Assembly (NCBI RefSeq): GCF_020745735.1
Contig: NW_026867533.1
Span: 310,001-374,000, forward strand
DNA: 64,000 bases
Reading direction: 5' to 3'
Source: Hemiscyllium ocellatum
Lineage: Eukaryota
Part shown: positions 37,659-51,225 of the stretch, in pieces
Layout: each line of letters begins with the position of its first letter
Numbering within the stretch: position 1 is the first letter of the stretch
The notes under the pieces: model-generated
Database searches by the model: none
Told to the model about the DNA's origin: nothing
The model's input: the letters and a program-made list of their open reading frames with translations, nothing else
Made by a program: the position numbers and the translations under genes

Positions 37659-40600
37659 ATGCTTTCTCCCTTCCCATTGATATTCTTGAGAGTGTCCTGA
37701 TAAGTACAATACTAAAGACTTGAATAAAAAAAACCTTTATTTCCATCAATACTCAAATGTCCATGCTGTCCCAGCTGGCAGAGGGGAAACTTCACTATAA
37801 TGTATCAGGCCGACAATGAACTGGTAAAGTTCTGCACTGGTCTCAGAGGGAAACCAGCAACAATGTCCTTGTGGAGACATTACTTTACCTTTGATCCTAT
37901 ACAGCAACAATTTCAAAGCCATTGAGGAACAGAAATAAATAGAAACAAACCACATGCACATACACACAGCACACTATTATGTAAAGTAATAGAGAGAAAT
38001 GCTGCACCAGCAGGAAAACTAATTGTTATTCTGAATAGTGAAGATGGCACCAAAAGCACCCTTGTGATAATGACATTGGTTTGCAGCAGTTGAAGAGTTG
38101 CTCATTCTGTTCTGGGCCCCGCTCAGTTCCTACACCAGTATGTGACCATAGATTCAGATTGTTTTTAAAGGCAGCTATCAATATGCAGTTGCACAGTGAC
38201 AGGAGTACGGCTATCCTGTGGACAGCACTAAAGAGATCTCACACACATTGGCTCTTTAATAACGAAATGGAGCAAACCTCAGAGATAGGGAAATGTAAAT
38301 AAATGAACCATTAACAAGATTTCATCCAATTCGATAGTAACTGAGACCTGATTATCAAATTCAGCTGCCACTTGAAAGGATGCAAGAAGCCCCAAAAGGA
38401 GATACTCCACATTTCACTTGAGTCTGTGTCACATTATCGCAAGAGAGCTTTGTAGTTACCTTCTAGCAGACATTATTTTTATCCATAAACCACATCTGCT
38501 TGACAGAGAAGCATTGGTTGCGATCACAGATCAGAACTGAATAGTGCAGAACCACATCATAACTCATCTCGAGAAGCTGTGTCAATGGGTGCTTGGGTTT
38601 ACAGTGCCTCTGTGTTCTGAGCTTCGGTCCCAATCTCTCTCTGTTCCCTAGTTTTTCTGATAAGATGCAGTTCCAGTCAGTTTGTATTTCATCATTGTCC
38701 CAGATTATAGAGGTTTCAGTATCAGTGAGTTCACCAATATAGCGCGTTGGGTAAATCAGCAGTGGCCCTACTGAAAAGGCTTTTAAATCCTGAGGCTCAT
38801 AGAACAGCATATAGTTATCCCTATTAATTGACCTAATAACAATTAACAACATTATATTTGATCTGCTTTATTTCCCATTACTGACTGCAATGAAGTTACT
38901 CCATGGGATACAGAAACTCACCAATGTGAGTAAAATCCTCTTAAACTTTGGGCAAAATCCAGGCTATTGACTTAAGAGAATAAACTCCATACAATAATGC
39001 AACAAAGAAAAGCAAATTGAAGTCAAATGATGCACAGGTTTGATGAAGAGCAAAACACCCTCTACCCCAGCAGGAAGGCAAGTAGAAAAGTTGTGCATTT
39101 ATATAACATCTTAATGCAATCTCACAGTATCCTAAACATCTCTTTCCAGATCTCTGAAACAAGTGCAGAACCCCTGGGGCCACTGTCAACTACATGCTAT
39201 CAAACCCTGGGAATCATAGATGGAAATGTCAGCATGTGCCCATGCAACAGTTTAAAATGTGTGTTTAATACCTTCGCTTGAGTAACTAGCAAAATTGTTT
39301 CGCGGTATGAACAATAAGTGGGAATAGGTCACTTGGCCCTTCGAGCCTGCTCCACTATTCAATAAGATCCTGGCTGACCCGATTTTAACAAGCTTATAAA
39401 ACTTTCAGCTGACAACATCTCACTTTAGCTTCTCTTACTCTATCATTTTAGTATATTCCACTACATATCTATTCTAATCTGGAGAATAATTCTCCTGCTG
39501 TTAATCACTGATCCACACTGTACTGCTCTCCTCATGCACTGTTCTTTTCCTCAGCCTATTCTTTAGACAAGATAAAAGACAAGAACAGACTCCACGGTTT
39601 GCTGGTACTTGACACAATGAGAACTATTGAAATATTTCAATACACTCCTTTGGTGGAAAATATAATTTGCTTTGATACTTTAAAACTGGTTCCATTTATT
39701 TTATATTTGCATTGAATGGTATATTAGTTTGATCCAGATGTTAGTACAAAGTGAAATATTACAGCACTGAGCTTTATCTCATTCTCATTTGATGGAAGTT
39801 GGGAAGGAGTGTTTTCTTACAGCAGAGAGTGAAACATGAACAACCAAGTTGAGTAACAATCCATGCAGGTTCGGACAAAGTCAATTTTCAATCAGAGATG
39901 TTCTCTCCAACAACTGAAGTACTTTTGATCATGTAGTCACATGTCAGAAATGTGAGATCTAATTTGTGTACCATGAGAAAAGCAGGAAGGAGATGATGAC
40001 CAGATCATCTGCTCATCGGGATTGAGCGATAAGTATTGGCCGGGACACCAGGTATAATCTCCTCACTTTAATTCAAAATAAGGGTCCCTTTAGAGGGCAG
40101 AGTGGCTTTGGTTTAATGCCTCATATATATCTGATGCGTAGGATTATCTCAGGACTGCACTGTTGTGGCAGCATCAATTAGTCTATTCTAAACCCGATGG
40201 TAGGTCTTGAACCCTCCGACTCAAAGATCAGCAAACTACTCAGTGACACCTGAGCAACACCCAATACTCTGACAGGCGGCTTATTATTTACATCCCCAGG
40301 AATTAATGAAGCAATTAAGGGAAATTGCATTGATTCTGTATGAGATGCAAAACAGGCCTCTTATGGTAGAATGATAGTCTCCCTTCCCCTAGATCAGTAG
40401 GCTTAAGTTCCTAGATTAGACTTAGTAGGTTTAAGTTCCTGTCCTACCTATTCCAGAGGCATGTCATACATTGCTGAACATTTTAATGTTAAAAAGGAAA
40501 GCTTCTTCAACCAATGGGCTGTTGTCATTTGGAAAGTGCTAATTAGGAATCAGCACTTTGAGTCACCTTTGCTGATTCTCTGTGTGTTATACGGGAGTCA

Positions 40601-41194
40601 GTAATTTCTATCAGTGTCCACCGTTACAGCTACAAAAAGTCCTCTAAAATCTCTCCTCAATGGGTCATTCTTCCCTTTTGAAATGGGCAGTGAGCACTCA
40701 GTCCTATCTCTTCCTTAGCAACAAATGGCTACCTTGCTTCCAGCCTGCTGTCAGCAAGAGGTTAACTTGCACTGTCAAAGTGTGGCAATACTGAGAATAA
40801 CCCTCCCCAAATTGACCCAGGCTAAGATCACAAGATGCAGCACAAGTCAGTGTTTATATCCAGAATTAGATAACCAGGAAGGATGTTCTCCACGGCTGGG
40901 GAGTCCAGAACCAAGGCTCACGGTCTACAGATACTGGCTCGGGCATTTTGGACTGAGATGAGGAAACCTTTCTTCACCCTGACAGTGCTGACTCTTTAGA
41001 ATTCACAGGAATAGAAATAGATTGAGTCCAAAACATAATAGTTTTTTTTCTGGCTAAAGAGATCAAAGCTTATCGAAAGAATAATGGAACAGGATATTGA
41101 GTTGGATAATCAGCCATTGTCATTTTGAACAGCAGCGCATGCTTAAGGGGCTGAATGGCTTACTGCTCCACCTATTTCTGTGACCATTCTGTGG

Positions 41195-41575
41195 CTTAAA
41201 GAGATGTGTTTTGTTCAAAAGCTATTTTGATAGCAAAACAAAAGAGAATGTGTTACTGGCTACAACACAGAGTGACGAAACAATTTCAGATGATTGTGAA
41301 TTGGACATTCCTCAAATTAAATTGAACAATGAGGAAGTTCTGGAAAACTGGGATAAACTGCTGAGTTACCTTCCAGATGAAAATCGAAATGACCTGAAAG
41401 AGTTACTATAATCACATGGGGAGATATGTGGGAATAACCTGGGAATTACTAATCTCACTGCACATAATATTGATTGAGGAAATGCTGTTCCAATCAAGCA
41501 ACATCCTATGGACTTAACCTTTGAAGGGTGGCACAGGTTCAGAAAGAGACTGAACACATGTTGAAGCATAACATG
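41195..41575 (+). mobile_element. Gypsy LTR-retrotransposon pol fragment
   Basis: FKSYFD..KLNNEEVLENWDKLLSYL..LKELL then HNID*GNAVPIKQHP (pre-RT GDAxPIKQHPYR motif). Confidence 0.65.
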
Positions 41576-43010
41576 GTCATACATTGGATCAAACTTACTT
41601 TTTGACTGTCACTTTCTTTTCTCGTGAACTTAAATTGTCAACTTCCTCAGATTGCAGATTGAAGATATCATTAGGATTCTGAACATTATAAATAAGACAG
41701 TGGCATGCAAAAGAAGGAAATTATGACAAATAGTTATAAACATGCTTTTCCCTCATGTCTAGTATTTATGCAGCACGCTTCAGGAAGGGATTTGAGAAGG
41801 TGCACAAAAGGTACACAAAAATGGTACCAGAGATGAGCAATTGGAGAACTATGTGGATAGTTTGAGAACAGAAGATGAAGAATTCATTTTAAAAGTGTTC
41901 AAAATCATGAGGGATTTGGATAGAGTAGCGTAAAAGGGTAGGAGAATGCATTTGGATTGGAGGGTTGGTGAGGATTTGTTGGGCCAAGTGGCCTGTTTCC
42001 ATACTGTGCGGATTATATTTTAAAAAGGCTTGAGAAGAAAAGGATCAGTGGATTTAACTTGATCAGCAAAAAAAAGAAAACAACGGTTACAAGGAAAACT
42101 GTTCTTAAAAACAGCATTGCTCGGAAACTGGAATGTTCTGCCTGATAGTTTAGTGGTGGAGGCAGCTTCAACTGAGGTCTTCAAAAGGAATCTACAATTT
42201 TCATAAGGAGAGGTTTTGCAGTATCACATAGTAAAAGGACTTGGGAGTGAACATCGGCAAGTTCCTCTTTGAGAGCTGATCAAATCATTGCCTCCGAGTT
42301 GTTACCATTGATCGTTGTATAACATTGCATAAACTACCAGCTCACCAGTTATTTCCTAATGGTTTGTCATATTCTGATATAATGACTAACTTAGTCATGC
42401 ATGCAACTAAGCTTACTTTGCAATTACTTCACTTGATCCAGGAGAATCTGCATTCCCATTTTCCTCACTGTTTGCACTGACAATGTTTCCAGAACTGCAA
42501 TTCATCAAAGAGCACAAATTAACTCATTTAACATCAGTAAACTTATTCAGAATTAAGTCCAAAGCAATTTAACAAAAAAAGAAATCACAGACTTGAGATT
42601 CAATATTCCAAGCCTGGTCGACTAGTTTTCCTAAGTTAGTCAATGACTGCAATTTTAATAAATCGCATTATTTTGCCATAGTGATAATAAAAGAACAGAG
42701 ATATCCATGCAAAGTCAGAATCAGGTGGAACAGACCTTTAGCTGATTATTGTTCTGTTCAGAAATAGAGATTATAGACAGGAAAGGTCCTTTCAGTGTAA
42801 GTCTAATGAGTTGCTGCAGTTCATTCCGTACAGTGTAAGTGCTAGGTAGCCCAACATCGTAGCTCAGTGATGGTGAAGGGAGTGGAAATTAGGTACGTTA
42901 GTTCTTTTGCCAGTCAATCAAACTGCTCTCTCTTTGATCATATTGAGCTTCTTGACTATTGTTGCAATTAAACAAATCACCAGGTGAGCAGTGAAGATTC
43001 CAATGCTCCC

Positions 43011-43986
43011 GATTTTAGCCTTGCAATGGTGAAGTTAATGAGGGGGTAATGACAAAGCAGTATACCTTGTATCCCAGTCTTGTAATCTTGCTAATGTAAC
43101 TAGTTATTGCTGCCTTCACCACCCATCCCCCTGGAGTGTGTTGACAATGCTGTCCTATGATCTAAAAAATGCTGCTGGGATTTTATTTGTTTTCAAGATG
43201 CCTCATGAACCATCTTGGTCGTGTTGGTATGGGGTTCTTTTGACTTCCACAGGATGTCTACAGTACACCACAATGAGGGAATGCAGGGGTTGGGGTGTGG
43301 AAGAGACAGCACAGAGCGAAAAAAAAGAGAAAACCATTTCTTCAGTATGTCACAGTACGTCATCCTTGTTTAAAGCCATTTCTGGGCTATGCAATACCTT
43401 TATACTGAAAGACAGGCAAAATTCAATGGACCATTGAAAAACTTTGGATGTTTTATGCTGATTTAAGATTGGTCTCTCAAAATAAGCCAAGCATTTCTGA
43501 GATTTTAGCCTTGCATGGTGAAGTTAATGAGGGGGTAATGACAAAGCAGTATACCTTGCCCAGTCTTGTAATCTTGCTAATGTAACTAGTTATTGCTGCC
43601 TTCACCACCCATCCCCCTGGAGTGTGTTGACAATGCTGTCCTATGATCTAAAAAATGCTGCTGGGATTTTATTTGTTTTCAAGATGCCTCATGAACCATC
43701 TTGGTCGTGTTGGTATGGGGTTCTTTTGACTTCCACAGGATGTCTACAGTACACCACAATGAGGGAATGCAGGGGTTGGGGTGTGGAAGAGACAGCACAG
43801 AGCGAAAAAAAAGAGAAAACCATTTCTTCAGTATGTCACAGTACGTCATCCTTGTTTAAAGCCATTTCTGGGCTATGCAATACCTTTATACTGAAAGACA
43901 GGCAAAATTCAATGGACCATTGAAAAACTTTGGATGTTTTATGCTGATTTAAGATTGGTCTCTCAAAATAAGCCAAGCATTTCTGA
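43011..43986. repeat. Near-perfect 490/486-bp tandem duplication
   Basis: Units start gattttagcc at 43011 and 43501; identical 99-aa ORFs 43138..43437 and 43624..43923. Confidence 0.95.
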
Positions 43987-44093
43987 ACCAGTCAAGCAGT
44001 TGTTTTCTGTAATTGTTCTCATCTGTGTTTGTGTTCACCACGCTGCCGTGGGATGCCTTCGTGAGGCAATCCTGACATAATCTGACAACTGCC

Positions 44094-45007
44094 ATAGAAC
44101 ATAGAACATAGAAGGATACAGCGCAGTACAGGCCCTTCGGCCTCGATGTTGCGCCGACCGAATCCTACCTAACCTATACTAGCCCAATAACTTCCAAATG
44201 CCTATCCAATGCCCGCTTAAATGACCATAAAGAAGGAGAGTTCACCACTGATACGGGCAGGGCATTCCATGAACTCACAACCCGCTGTGTGAAGAATCTA
44301 CCCCTAACATCTGTCCTATACCTACCACCCCTTAATTTAAAGCTATGTCCCCTAGTAACACCTGACTCCATTAGCGGTAAAAGGTTCTTAGTATCTACCC
44401 TATCTAAACCCCTAATCATCTTATACACTTCTATCAGATCTCCCCTAAACCTTCTCTTCTCCAATGAGAACAGCCCCAAGTGCCTCAGCCTTTCCTCATA
44501 AGATTTTCCTACCATTCCAGGCAACATCCTGGTAAACCTCCTCTGCACTCGTTCTAAAGCTTCCACATCCTTCCTATAGTATGGCGACCAAAACTGCACA
44601 CAATACTCCAGATGAGGCCTCACCAGAGTCCTATACAACTGCAACATGACCTCAGGACTCCGGAACTCAATTCCTCTGCCAATAAAGCCCAGTACACCAT
44701 ATGCCTTCCTCACAGCACTATTTACCTGGGTGGCAACTTTCAGAGATCTGTGTACATAGACACCAAGATCCCTCTGCTCATCCATACTACCAAGTAGCCT
44801 ACCATTAGCCCAGTAATCCATCATCTTGTTATTCCTACCAAAGTGAACGACTTCGCACTTAGCTACATTGAATTCCATTTGCCACATTTCCGCCCAGCTC
44901 CGCAACTTATCTATATCCCGCTGTAACCTACCACTTCCTTCCTCACTATCCACAACTCCACCGACTTTTGTGTCATCCGCAAACTTGCTTACCCAGCTTT
45001 CAAGTCC
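44094..45007 (-). mobile_element. Young CR1 LINE, 5'-truncated
   Basis: ORF 44174..45016, 280 aa open RT C-terminus from KFADD; tail (TTCTATG)n. Confidence 0.96.
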
Positions 45008-46959
45008 TGCCAGCACTTCCCTTTCTCATTATTGGATCCCTAATATAGCAGATTTAATCTGATATTAGACCAAACTTACTTGCCAATTTGTTTCCTTTAA
45101 TTTCTGACAAACTTAGATTTCCACTTAATTCACAGTGTGAGGTGTCAACATTTTCACAGCCGCAACTGGTCATAAAATACCAGTTAAATCATTTTAAATA
45201 TGTGCATGATCACAAAGTTAATATTTGGCACTTCTTATCAACATCGAGAGTTTTGGCTGTGAGGGCAGGAGCTGGTGGGTGGGGAGTAAGGAGGTCAAAT
45301 AAAGACTTGTCTGCACTGGGACAGAGGGAAAACATCGCAAATGCAAGGATTCAAGTTTAACTTCCTTATCTCGGAACAAGAAACTCAAGGTCTTTATACA
45401 CGATTGCTAATTTAACCCTTACAAGCACAATTTGTAACTCAATGTTTGATTCAGAATCCAAACATAGTAATTTCTCATTATTCAAATTTACTGAAGGTTC
45501 ATGTCATATTAGTCAGTATTGGCTGTTTTGTTGAAAAGAGAATTTTATTCCTTTTCCTTTTCTGCTACTTCATCCATTTGCAGTTTACTGAAAGATCTGA
45601 CCATAATAAACCCAGGAATAATTACAGGTCTCTGACCCAGAGCAGTGTAATCACTTCAGTATTTAGACTTCTGTTAATTGATGACATCAGTGAAACGGTG
45701 TGGATGTGATGCTGCCTGTATTGAATTTGCCATGAAAACACTTTATAAGCTTGATTCAAACAAATACCTATTAGTAGGGAATGTGCCTGACTCCGTGGAT
45801 TTACATGACTTCTGGCCAACTTAAATTATAAAAAGTGCAAAGCATTCAATAGCGACATTGTATGGGAGATAGACCAAGGCGAGGAGACCAGGAGCCGGTC
45901 CTAATCCATAGCCATATTTCTTCAAATATGTAGGCATATTTCATCAAATGTCACCAGACTCTGGAGACCCATGGCAATGATTTTGGAGGGAGTGAAGAAT
46001 GGGGGGTGGGCAGGAAGAAGCTTGAATGTTCCCAACCCTTGTGCTTGAGCTTGTGATAAGAATAAGCAAAAAATAGTATAAAGAGAATATGTGAAACTTG
46101 TTCAGGGCCCTTATATAAGACATTTTTGCCAAATCTATTAGCCCCCTGTAGAGGTTACAATAAAGCTTTGTCTATGCTCTTGCTAGCATTTGAGTCGAGT
46201 CAATTTAACTTCCATGACACCAGCTACTTGGCCCCTGCTGAGATATAACATAGGCCAGTGTCCAATAGGAACAATCTACTTCCAATAGCTTCCCAATGCC
46301 AGGCACGGACTTCTGTAGATGTTCTCCTTGCATCCACTTTCGACTAATGTGCCTGAGGTCACAGCAATGGAAAATGTGAGTGATGTTGTGGGAAAGGAGA
46401 ACATGATATAGGTTAATTATAGCTCAAGGTCCTAAACCATAAGAAATAGGAATAGGAACAGACCATTTGGCTAATTAAGCCTGCTCCATCGTTCATTCGG
46501 ATCATTGCTGACACGACATTCCACACTATTTACTTTTCTGTATTTTCTTATTACCTCAATTCTCCTACTGCTCAAGAATTTATCTCAGCCTTAAATATAG
46601 ACAGGGACGTTACTCCCACAGCTCTATGTAATGAGGAGTTCCAAAGACTCTCAAACCTAGGAACAAATTCCTCTGCATCTCAGTCTTAAATTGTCAACCA
46701 TTTATTATGAGACCATCCCCTCTGGTCCTCGACTCTCCCGTGAGGGATAATATCCTCTCAGCATTTACCCTGTCAAGTCCTTTAAGAACCCTATATGTTG
46801 CAATGAGATCATATCGCATTCTTCTAAATTCTCAGCCTGTTTAGCCTTTTCCTCTTGATCAGGGATCACCCACATCAATGTTCTGGAACTGCCTCCAATG
46901 AAATAATAACTTTCCTTAAATATTGGGTCCAAAATTACTCACATGCAACTGTGAAGATG

Positions 46960-49866
46960 CTAAAAGAGGGAGAGATATGCACTTAGTCAAGGATGGTGGC
47001 AGAAAGGACATTTGAGGACTCAACTACTGAGGTAGCACGAGCTGAGGTAAGCAACAGTAAAGGAGAAAGCACTCTGTTGGGAGTTTTCTCTCGGCCTCCG
47101 AATAGTTCCAGTGATGTAGAGGAAAGGATACCAAAGATAATGCTGGATAGCAGCAAGAGTAACAAGATAGTTGTTACGGGGGATTTTAACTTTCCAAATA
47201 TTGACTGGAAATACAATAGCTCGAGTACTTTAGATGGGGCAGTTTTTGTCCAATGTATACAGGATGGTTTCCTGACACAGTATGTAGACAAGCCAACAAG
47301 GGGCGAGACGACATTGGATTTGGTACTGGGTAAGGAACCCAGCCAGGTATTAGATTTGGAGGTAGGTGAGCACTTTGGTGACAGTGACCACAATTTGAGT
47401 TATGTTTACTTTAGTGATGGAAAGGGATAGGTATATGCGGCAGTGTAAGAGTTATTGCTGGAGGACAGGCAATTATGATGCGACTAGGCAAGATTTAGGA
47501 TGCATAGGATAGGGAAGGAAACTGCAGGGGTTGGGCACAGTTGAAATGTGAAGCTTTTTCAAGGAACAGCTACCGCGTGTCCTTGATAAGCATGTGCCTG
47601 TCAGGCAGGGAGGAAATTGTCGAGCGATAGAGCTATAGTTTTCTAAAAAGGTTGAATCTCTTGTCAAGAAGAAGAAAACGGCACGGTGGCACAGTGGTTA
47701 GCACTGCTGCCTCACAGCGCCAGAGACCCGGGTTCAATTCCCGACTCAGGCGACTGACTGTGTGGAGTTTGCACGTTCTCCCTGTGTCTGCGTGGGTTTC
47801 CTCCGGGTGCTCCGGTTTCCTCCCACAGTCCAAAGATGTGCGGGTCAGGTGAATTGGCCATGCTAAATTGCCCGTAGTGTTAGGTAAGGGGTAATGCAGG
47901 GGTATGGGTGGGTTTCGCTTCGGCGGGTCGGTGTGGACTTGTTGGGCCGAAGGGCCTGTTTCCACACTGTAAGTCTAATCTAATCTAATAAAAAGGCTTC
48001 TATTAGGATGAGACACTTTAGGGCACTTTAGATTTACAAGTCAGCCAGAAAAGACCTAAAGAGAAGGCTAAGAACCACCAGTGTCCTCTAAAGCGTTCTC
48101 TGGGTATATCAGGAATAAAAGAATGACTGGAGAAAGATTAAGGCCAATCAAGAACCGGAGTTGGAAGTTGTGGGTGGAGTTTGAAGAGGTAGGGGAATTG
48201 CTCAATGAATATCTTTCATCAGTATTCACACTGGAAAAAGACAATATTGTCGAGGAGAATACTGAGAAACAGGCTACTAGATGGAATTCAGTTCACAAAG
48301 AGGAGGTGTGAGCAATTTTGGAAAGTGTGAAAGTAGATGAGTCACCTCAGTCGGATAGGATTTATTCCAGGATTCTCTGGGAAGGCAGAGAGGAGATTGC
48401 AGAGCCTTTGGCTTTGATCTTTGTGTTGTCATTGTCTACAGGAATAGTGCCAGAAGACTGGAGGACAACTCCCTCTTGTTCAAGAAGGGGAATAGAGTCA
48501 ACCCCGGTAATTATAGATCAGTGAGCCTTACTTCAGTTGTGGGTAAAGTGTCGGAAAAAGTCATAAGAGAAAGGATTTATAATTACCTAGAGAGGAATAA
48601 GTTGATTAGGGGTAGACAACACGGTTTTGTGAAGGGGAGATTGTGCCTCACAAATCTTCTTGAGTGCTTTAAGATGGTGACCAAACAGATGGATCAGGGT
48701 AAGGTGGTTGATGTGGTTTTCAGTAAGGCGTTTGATACGGATCCTCATGGTATGCTATTGCAGAAAATAGCGAGGCACGGAATCGAGGGAAATTTAATGG
48801 TTTGTATCAGAAATTGGCTAGCTGAAAGACTGAAAATTGACTCGCTGAAAAGTGTTGGTTGATGGGAAAGGTTCATCCTGGAGTTCAATTACCAGTGGTG
48901 TAATGCAAGGATCTGTTTTGCCACCACTGCTGTTTGTCACTTTTATAAATGACCTAGATGAAGGTGTAGAAGGATAGGTTAGTAAATTTATGGATGACAC
49001 TAAGGTCAATGGGGTTGTGGACAGTGCCAAAGGATGTTGCAGGTTACAGAGGGACATATGTAAGCTGCAGAGCTGGGCTGAGGTGGCATATTGAGCTTAA
49101 TGCAAAAACGTGAGGTGATTCACTTTGGAAGGAACAACAGGAAAACAGAGTACTGGGCTAATGGTAAGATTCTTGGTAGTGTAGCTGAGCAGATAGATCT
49201 CGGTGTCCATGTACATGGATCCCTGAAAGTTGGTACCCAGGTTGATAGGGTTGTTAAGTTGGCACTCAGTGTGTTAGCTTTAATTGGTAGAGGGATGGAG
49301 TTTCAGAGTCATGAGGTTGTGCTGCAGCGGTACAAAACTCTAGTGCGGCTGCACTTCGAGTATTACTTACAGTTCTGGCATTATAGGAAGGACGTGGAAA
49401 TTTTGGAAAGGATGCAGAGAAACTTTGCTAGGATGTTGCTTGTTATGGAGGGAAGGTCTTAAGAGGAAAGGCTGAAGTACTTGAGCTGTTTTCATTAGAG
49501 AGAAGGTTGAGAGGTGACTTAATTGAGACATACAAGATAATCAGAGGGTTAGATAGAGTGTACAGTGAGAGTTTTTCTTCTCAGATAGTGATGGCTGGCA
49601 CGAGGGGAAATAGCTTTAAATTGGGGGTGATAGATATAGGACAGATGTCTGAGATAGTTTCTTTACTCAGAGAGGAGTAGGGGCGTAGAACACACTGCTT
49701 GCAATAGGAGTAGACTTGCCAACCTTTAGGGCATTAGAATGGGCATTGGATAACCATCTGGATGAAAATGGAATAGTGCAGGATAGATGGACTTCAGATT
49801 AGTTCCACAGGTCAGTGCAACATCAAGGGCCGAAGGGCCTGTACTGCACCATAATGTTCTATGTTC
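46960..49866 (+). mobile_element. Old decayed CR1 LINE (endonuclease to 3' end) interrupted by a SINE
   Basis: ORFs 46993..47430 (VTGDFNFPNIDW), 48476..48862 (NYRSVSLTS), 49091..49462; CR1 3' end near 49860. Confidence 0.9.
47679..47988 (+). mobile_element. Young HE1-type SINE nested in CR1
   Basis: Full SINE inserted in an A-rich site of the host CR1 (gaagaagaaaa|..|aaaaaggc). Confidence 0.93.
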
Positions 49867-50035
49867 AATCTAAAGGTGTGGAGACATCACTTATTTGCAT
49901 TCTGAGAGTGGACTTCACAATCAGCATGGATGTGGAGAGCATCGTGGAAGACCACCCCAGGTGACCAGCAGGAGGAAGTGCATCTAACTGGAGGAGCTGT
50001 GACATTTCTCATTTGCATTCTGGAAGTGGACTGTA

Positions 50036-50250
50036 CGGTGTCACATCAAATAAACAAACAAAACATTGGACTTGGATTCTGCCAAAAAACGGAAGCAAAA
50101 TCCACTCTTGTGTGCAAATACTAATAGGTAGATATATTTGAGAAACTGCCTCATTTATGTAACTATTAGTATTGCATATATAAGAGAAATCTTTGGGTAT
50201 TTGGACAGGTCAAAGTCCAATGTTTTGTTTGCTTATTTGATATGCAACTG
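50036..50250. mobile_element. 215-bp MITE, Tc1/mariner type
   Basis: ~40-bp imperfect TIRs (29-bp core 50045-50073 / 50213-50241, 1 mismatch); TA on both flanks (50034-35, 50251-52). Confidence 0.65.
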
Positions 50251-50514
50251 TATAGAACTGAACCGCACTTGTGCCAATGTATTTATAAAGACATTATGAG
50301 ATTTCTTATGAATAAATTTATTTTTGAAATTAAAAAAACTATTTTGGGAGTGGACTTTGCAGAGCATCGTGGACCAACCTGGTGTTAAGGAATGGTCAGC
50401 CCCCTTCCTCCTCTAACTAAAAGACAAAAGAGCAAGGTTCAGAAGAGAGGAGAGAGAGAGAACATCAGGAGAGTATTGATGGGACCGCATCAAGCCATCA
50501 ACAATTGCAGACTG

Positions 50515-51223
50515 TTGGTACAATAGCTTGTGTATTGGGAGCCGTGCCAGTGAAGTGGACACCCGTTCAGAACAAAGCATAACCACTGAAATCACTGAAA
50601 ACTGCAGACACCTGGGTTTAGGAGACTTTGCAGAGACAGAGATTGATGCTTGGGTGAACTCTGACAATGAAATTGAAACAGAGACATTCTCCGATGATCA
50701 AATCGTCAACGTAGTCACAGAGGAACAGCAGGACTGTATGAATGGTGTGGATAGTAAGGAAATTCTGATACCGGCATCACCTCCAGTTAATGAAGCCATT
50801 GACAGTTTGCGACTTTTCATGGAGTGGTATGAAACACAAGATGAAGTTGATGCTGTTAAATTGATGCATCTTCGTCACATGTTATTGTTTGGAAACAAAA
50901 AAGAGACAGCACTTCCTCAAACAACAGCCGCTGGATAATTTCTTCGGAAATAATAAATAAACTCCACCTCAATGATTTTTTTTAATTGTACAAGTACATA
51001 AAAAGTGATCTGAGTTGTAAAATGTCATGCATTTTTTAGCAATATGCAGTGTTTGTGAAGATTTTAGTGATCAAATGAAATAAACACACTGTTAGCATGC
51101 TTTTTAATGCAATTATGGGCAATGCAGCTTCAATTGTTTAACGTCAAATCAATTTACCGAATGATCAATTACCTGAATGAAAACCTGCTCGCCCAAGGAC
51201 TTTGGATAATCGAGGTTCCACTG
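50515..51223 (+). mobile_element. Tigger/pogo (TIGD/Jerky-like) transposon, right end
   Basis: ORF 50528..50938 resembles a TIGD C-terminus (EIDAWVNSD..FSDDQIV..EAIDSLRLFMEWYETQ..KLMHLR); right TIR ggataatcgaggttccactg followed by TA at 51224. Confidence 0.8.
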
Positions 51224-51225
51224 TA

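Noticed and set aside
38463-38852. 129-aa minus-strand ORF in unique DNA
   Set aside because: No recognisable domain or Ig C-W-C pattern; a length compatible with chance
43138-43923. Duplicated 99-aa ORF as a gene pair
   Set aside because: By-product of the tandem duplication; no family similarity recognised
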